This document shows positions 57,601 to 64,000 of a stretch of 64,000 nucleotides of DNA, in pieces. The notes beneath the pieces were generated by a model. That model worked only from the letters and a program-made list of their open reading frames with translations. It was not told the DNA's origin and did not search any database. Source of the DNA: Phaeosaccion multiseriatum (lineage: Eukaryota > Protista > Ochrophyta, other classes); contig OZ218964.1 in the NCBI GenBank assembly GCA_965112735.1, positions 2,170,001 through 2,234,000 of the forward strand. The letters are read 5' to 3'. Position 1 is the stretch's first letter. Each line of letters starts with the position of its first letter. The position numbers and the translations under genes are program-made.

Positions 57601-59593
57601 GAAGAGAGAGAGGATGGCAGTGGATTGGCAAGGGGGGAGGGTGCGGGTTCCAAGCCTCTGATGTGCTGCCCTTCCTTCTTGTCGGCCCCGGGGGGCGGGC
57701 TCTGCCCGTCCGCTGCCATCCCTGCACTTCTCTTTCTTTAGAGACATGTACTGGGATGGGCATTCTACTTTCACTCTCACTCTCCCTCTCTCCCCCCCAT
57801 TCACGGCCATCCCCCTCCATCATCTACCATCCCTGCGTCCACTGCCATCCCTCTACATCCACGGCCATCCACTGCCATCCAGTGCAAACCTTCGTCATCG
57901 CCCGGCGGCTCATGGCGTCGTTCGTCAATTCCCTGTGCCTGTCCCTGAGCGTGGAAGCGCAGAGCTTCATGCCCACATACCTCCGACAAGCGTTCGACAG
58001 CCCTGCTGTTCAAGTGCACAGACACAGGCCTAATAAGCACCCCTTCGGAGTGGTACAGCTGCCGGACAACGGTGAGGGAGGAGGGAAGGAGGGCAGGCAG
58101 GGAGGCAGGGCGGGAGGGAAGGGAGGGAGGGAAGGAAGGAGGGAGGGAGGGAGGGAGGGAGGGAGGGAGGGAGGGGGAGGGCAGGACATTCCCTCCCTGG
58201 GAGGGTTTCCGAGTGTCTAATGCTTTCGCTGACCCGTTTCGCTTTGGCTTTTTGTGTGCCCGTCCATCTGCGATCAGATCACACGGTGCCCCCCGGGGTT
58301 CTGAAACGCTTCCGAGAGGGTATCTCCGTGCAGCCGTCGAGCTACAAGCAAGTGCTCGCCTGGGCACAGGAGGGGGCAGGAGAGGAAGGTGAGGCGCTGC
58401 TTCCTTCTATTCCTGCGACGTACCTTCCCTCCATACCTCCTCGCCTGTCTGCCTGTCTGCCGGCCTGCCTGTCTGCCTGCCTGTCTGCCTGCCTGTCTGC
58501 CTGCCTGTCTGCCTGTCTGCCGGTCTGCCTGCCCGCCGGCCTGCCTGCCTGTCTGCCTATCTGCCTGTCTGCCTGTCTGCCTGTCTGCATATCTGCCTCT
58601 CTTACTTCCTGACTCCCTCACTCGCTGCCTGCATTCTTGCCCTGCCGTCTTGCCTGCCTCTCCCCACACGCCTCTGATCCATCCCTCCTCCCCATACACC
58701 TCTGATCCATCCCTCCTCTCCATACACCTCTGATCCATCCCTCCTCTCCATACACCTCTAACCCAAAGCCCCGAGGGCGGCACCATCTTCTTCCGCGCCC
58801 TCCCCGCCCCCTCCAACCCCCATTCCAACTGGCGACGACAGCCCCCCTCCCCGTAGCACCAACGCCCGCCTGTTGCACTATGTGGAGCGTTTCCGAGCCC
58901 TGTTGTGGCTGGAGGAGGCCCAAATGGAGAGGGACATCGCTGCCTATGACATGCCGCATCAGAGTATCATGCTTAGGCAGACCAAGGATGGCTCCATGTC
59001 GGCCACTCTCAAGGTAAGGAAGCAGTACAAGCGCTGTATCACCAACGGCTGGTACTGATGATGATGCTGCTGCTGCTGCTGCTGCTGGTGGTGGTGGTGG
59101 TGGTGGTGATGGTGGTTAGAGCTTTTACACTGCTGATACTGCGAGTTAGGGCTTGGGGACCAAAGCGCTGAGTTGGGACTGAGAGCAGTAGACAAGTCGG
59201 GACGGAAATGCGGCGTACCTGCCTCTACTTCCCCTCGCGCGATCACATTCATTCTCTCATTCATTAGCTCCTTTCCCCCCCCCCTTCTCTGTGCCTCTCT
59301 CTCTATCCCTCCCTACGCTGTCATCTGTGACTACCAACCCAACACACCAAACTCTGCACCCGGTACTCGGTGTCAGGTCCCCGGTGTGATGGAGAGCCGC
59401 CCTCGCGTCATGCTCGGTGACGTCATTCGGATGCGGCCTCAGCCAAAGGCCCCGGGGGGCGGCCCCCAGGGGGCTGAGCCGGTTTTGTTTGAGGTGGAGG
59501 CGGTGGTGACGGATGTACGCATCAACAGAGGTGCGGCAACAGGTGTAGACGGCTGTACCACCAGCTTGCGTGCTGCATCTTGAGGGGACTGTT

Positions 59594-59636
<43 letters not shown>

Positions 59637-59905
59637 TGTATGTGTGTGTGTATGTGTGTGTGTGTGTGTGTGTGTATGTGTGTGTGTGTGTGTGTGTGTG
59701 CTTGCATGCAAGACGGACTGACACACTCTTGATAGAGAGAACGACTGACACACTCTTGTTAGAGAGAACGAGGTCGGGAGAGACACGGAGAGACGAAGAG
59801 AGGGAGGAAGGGATGGAGGTTGGGAGAGAGAGAAAGAGAGAGAGAGAGGGGGGGTAGGGAGAGAGAGAGAGAAACAGAGAGAGAGAAAGAGAGAGAGGGG
59901 GGGGT

Positions 59906-59948
<43 letters not shown>

Positions 59949-61339
59949 GCCCCCCACCCCCCCTACGAACACCAGCGTTGAATCTGTTCTCTCCTTCCAT
60001 CTGCTGCCATCTGCAGGCTTGATAACCATTGCGCTGAATCTGTGCTCTCCTTCCATCTGCTGCCATCTGCAGGCTTGACAACCGTTGCGCTGCCCTGTTC
60101 TCTCCTTCCATCTGCTGCCATCTATAACCATTGCGCTGCCCTGCTCTCTCCTTCCATCTGCTGCCATCTGCAGGCTTGATAACCATTTTGCTGCCCCCCG
60201 CCCGCTACACGGGCCCTGACAAAGCCCCCTCGGGTCTCAATAAGGCGCTGAGGAAGGCCTATGGAAAGCCTCTTGACAAGCCTGACGCAAAGAGGTTAGG
60301 CGGACATGTTGGGTGTGCGGTGTACGGTCCACCGTTTGTTAGCTGTGACTCTCGATACGCTTATATTTTAGCGTTCGTCAGCTGTGAGTTAGAGGCGACT
60401 CTCGCCCCCCTTCGCCTTACGAATGAGGCCTTACCAATGAGGCCTTACCAATGAGGCCTTACCCGCCACTCTCTCACGCACGCAAGGCCCTCCCCTTCCC
60501 CTTGCCCTTCCCTCCTCTCGCCTTCCCTTCCCTTCCCTTCCCTTCCCTCCCCTCCCCTTCCCTTCCCTTCCCTTCCCCCTCCCCTTCCCTCCCCTTCCCT
60601 CCCCTCTCCTCCCCTCCCCCTCCCCTCCCCTCCCCTCCCCTCCCCTCCCCTCCCCTCCGCTCCCCTCCCCCTCCCCCTCCCCTCCCCTCCCCCTCCCCAT
60701 CCCTCCCGTCCCCCTCCCCATCCCTCCTCCCCCTTCCCATTGACTATCTATACACACCTCTGTACACCATCATCACACCAGAGGGGCCTCTTGTGGCGAG
60801 GAGTGGATCCTTCGCTTCACCTTCTCACGGCACGGCCTCGGCTTCATACATTCCGCCCTCGACAGTCTGCTCAGTAGCGGCAGTCATATGGGCATGCCCC
60901 AAGAGGAGGCCTTAACCCCGTTACGGTACGTATGTGTGTGCATGTTGTGATCCAGAGTCGCCATTTGGAAAGGTACCAAGACCCACGAGACTGCTCTCTA
61001 AGCACTTCCTTCTTCTCCCATTGTCGCTCTCTAAGGCCTTCCTTCTGCTCCCATTTTCTCTCTGTCGTTGTGTGCGTGTGTGTGTTTGTGTGTGTGCGTG
61101 TGTGCGTGCACCTGTGTGTCTCTCTCCCCGCTCCGTCTCTATCTCTCCCTCTCTTTTCTTCTTCTTCTCTCTCTCCCCTCCCACCGCAGCTACTTGTTCC
61201 CCGATGCCGCCATGCTGCAAGACCCAGCCTCAGGCTCATCTTCACACTCCAACGGCGGCACGGAAGAGGGCAACGCTCGCCTCCCACCCCTCCCACCCCT
61301 GCCCGACCTTGAGTGGGTCAACAAGAGGTACGTGTATGT

Positions 61340-61388
<49 letters not shown>

Positions 61389-63923
61389 GGGGGGGGTGTG
61401 GGTGTGGGTGTGTGTGTGTGTGCGTGTGTGCGTGTATGTGTGCGTTTGCGTGTGTGTGTATTTAAGTATGTGTGGGCTTGTGCGTGTATGTGTGTGCGTG
61501 CGTGTGTGTGAGCGGGCTTGAGCCGAAGGGCAGCTCCATCTCCTTTTTATCTTCTCCTCCCTCGTAGTGAATTGTAATCCACTCCGAAATTGCTCTGCAG
61601 AGCTGCCACCTGACTCCTTCCCTCCCCCTGATACTGCTCCTACCGCCCCCGATACTGCTCCTGCCCTCTTGCGGCCCCGAAACTGCTCCTGCCCTTCCCC
61701 GATACTGCTCCTGCCCTTCCCCGATACTGCTCCTACCCCCCCCAGCACCAACCCCCTCCAGCGCCAGGCCGTGAGAGACTTCGTCCGACAAGGCAGCGGC
61801 AGGGGGATGGCAGCTCAAGGCAGAGCGGGTGGCCCCTCACAGGATGGCACCAAACGGGACTCGCCCTCCGTGCCATACCTGCTCTTTGGACCCCCGGGGA
61901 CGGGCAAGACTCTCACAGCGGTAGAGACCATCCTGCAGGTATGTAAATGTATGTAACTGTATGTAACTGTATGTAACTGTATGTGCTCCTGCGCGTACCT
62001 GTGAAAATGCGCTTGGGAGGGGGCCCAATTAGATGGGGGGGGGGGAGGGGGGCGAATGAGGAGTAGTGCCCCGTTTACGGAGAGCGATTCACTTACTTAG
62101 TGAGTGAAGACGCTCACGTCATTCTGTTCTTGCGTGTGTGTGTGTGTTTGTGTGTGTGCATGTGTGTAAAGCCGTCTCCCTCCCTCATCTCACCCCCTCA
62201 CCCTCCACTGCCATCTCTCTCCATGCTCATCCTGCTCCTCTTTGCTGCCCCTCTGCCATCCTTCCGCCCACCCATCCACTGCCATCCTTCCGCCCACCCA
62301 TCCACTGCCATCCTTCCGCCCCAGATCCTGAAGGTGCATGGGTCCTCTGTACAAGAGGGCCCCTCTTTGCCCTGCGCGTCTGCCGTGCCCGTGCGTGTGC
62401 TCGTGTGCTGCCCCTCCGACGCGGCGGCCGATCTCGTGGTGTCTCGCCTTGCCCCTCATCTCACCCCCTCCGTCATGCTCAGGCTCAACTGGTGGCAGAG
62501 GCCGGTCGGCTCTATGCGTAAGTGCACTCCCTCCTTCGTGTGGTGTTGGCAGCGTGTGGTGTTTTTAAATGTCGAGTGTCAGTCAGTGGCTGATGTCAAT
62601 CAGAGTCTAATGTCGGTCAGGGCCTTGTGTCTTTAGTCAGATGGCAGCACACGGTGTCAGGCAGGCAGGAGTCAGTCAGTCAGTCCGCTAAGAACACCGT
62701 TGGTACTGGCCCCTCTCCCCGTCTTCCCCCCCCCCCCCCCTTGTCAGCCCCTGCCCTGCTGAAGTACAGCGTCATTGACGAGCTTCGCTCTCTCTTCATG
62801 CCCCCCTCCAAGGCCCAGATACAAGCCGCCCAGGTAGGGAGTAGGCTGCCATTGGATGGGGGTAGGTAGGGGAGGAGGATGGCAGTGGATGGATGGGTCG
62901 GTCGAAGATTGAAGATTGCGGTCGTTGGCACTCCGGGATGGCAGTGGATGGACGAGTGGGTCGGGGAATGACAGCGGATGGCAGTGAAGAGGGAAGAAAG
63001 AAAAGGGACTAGCGGTGACGTAGGCACCCTTCAAGGGAAGCACCGAAGCTCTCGCCCCCTCGCCTGCCTGTGCACCCCCTGTATCACCAACTGCTCGGCC
63101 CTTCGCCTGCCTCTACCCTCCCTCTCTTGCCATGGCCATCACACCCTCCCTCAAATCCTCCGTCCACTGCCATCCACTGCCATCCCTCTCCTCTCCTCAG
63201 GTGGTTGTGAGCACTTGCGGCGGAAGCGGCGTGCTCCTCCCCTGGTGCCCCTCCCCCCCCTCCTCTTCCTCCTCTTCCTCCTCCTCCCCCCCCTGCGACG
63301 CCCTCTTCTCTCACGTGATAGTGGACGAGTCGTCCCAGGCCCTAGAGCCGGAGCTCCTTGTGCCCCTTGCACTCGCGGGACCGAACACGCACATCATGCT
63401 CGCAGGTAGGGGGCGCGAGAGGGGAGGGGGGAGGAGGGAGGAGGGAGGAGAAGGGTGCAGGGTGGGGAAGGGTGAAGCGTGCTCCTTTCGATACACACGA
63501 TACAGGGGGGGGGGGCGTGAGGGGAGTATGCGGGTGCAGCTTCCTTCCTTCCTTCCTTCCTCCCTCCCTCCCTCCCTTCCTTCCTTCCTTCCTTCCTTCC
63601 TTTCCTTCTTCCTTCTTCCCTTCCTTCCTCCCTCTCTTCATTCCTCCCTTCCTTCCTTCCTTCCTTCCTCTCTCTTCGCCTGTAGCTACCGTACTCCATG
63701 AGAGGTGCACACTCCTCCCATGCCCTCCCGAGGCCTCTATGAGCAGCTGATGACCCATATGCCTCTCTAAGCAGCTGGTCGATCACCCCGTAATCCTCTG
63801 ATGCCGCCCCCTCCCATCTGCTGCCATCTGAACTTTCTTCACTTCTCAGGTGACCCGAAGCAGCTCGGAGCCGACGTGCGCTGCCGAGCGGCACACCACA
63901 TGGGCCTTGCAGTGAGCCTGCAG
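54649..63923 (+). CDS. MOV10/SDE3/Armitage-like Upf1-family (SF1B) RNA helicase; continues past the window end
   Basis: Exons ~54649-55270, 55596-56128, 56538-56597, 56886-57111, 57883-58071, 58279-58388, 58857-59013, 59377-59530, 60174-60294, 60782-60926, 61190-61328, 61746-61938, 62325-62518, 62748-62833, 63201-63405, 63851-63923. MOV10-type motifs: [47 protein letters not shown]...HSAL. Helicase motifs: [51 protein letters not shown]. Confidence 0.92.
57117..57630. repeat. ~35-40-bp tandem repeat with GGATGGCAGTGGAT(G/T)GGCAGG core
   Basis: ~13 degenerate copies starting 5 nt after the donor at 57112. Confidence 0.9.
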
Positions 63924-64000
63924 GTGAGACAGACTGTCAGTCAGCCAATCTGTCAGTCAGTCAGTCAGTCAGTCAGTCAGTCAGTCAGTCAGTCAGTGAG

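Overview
Intron-dense, microsatellite-rich eukaryotic nuclear DNA. It is probably a stramenopile alga; the (GGGA)n-laden introns are reminiscent of eustigmatophytes, which is a low-confidence inference. Most ORFs in the supplied track are artefacts of simple repeats. Manual GT-AG splicing gives seven protein-coding genes: (1) a very large minus-strand armadillo-repeat protein running off the left edge; (2) an RCC1-repeat + IPT/TIG-like protein; (3) an intron-poor P-loop ATPase with a probable signal peptide; (4) a cationic amino-acid (APC) transporter; (5) a secreted thioredoxin/DsbA-fold protein; (6) a probably N-myristoylated 8-repeat annexin fused to an acidic/basic linker and a C-terminal array of bacterial-type FDxxxYLxxNPD...HF/Y..G..EGR repeats; and (7) a MOV10/SDE3/Armitage-like SF1 RNA helicase running off the right edge. 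Six genes sit in three head-to-head pairs. The two most notable observations are the annexin architecture and an oriented intron grammar. In the latter, a small set of dispersed 10-17-nt motifs and microsatellites occurs as the G-rich strand after donors and as the reverse-complement C-rich strand before acceptors, in one intron as a perfect 16-bp inverted repeat flush with both splice sites. Splice-site sequences themselves also seed tandem arrays. Exon coordinates were read by eye and may be off by a few nt.
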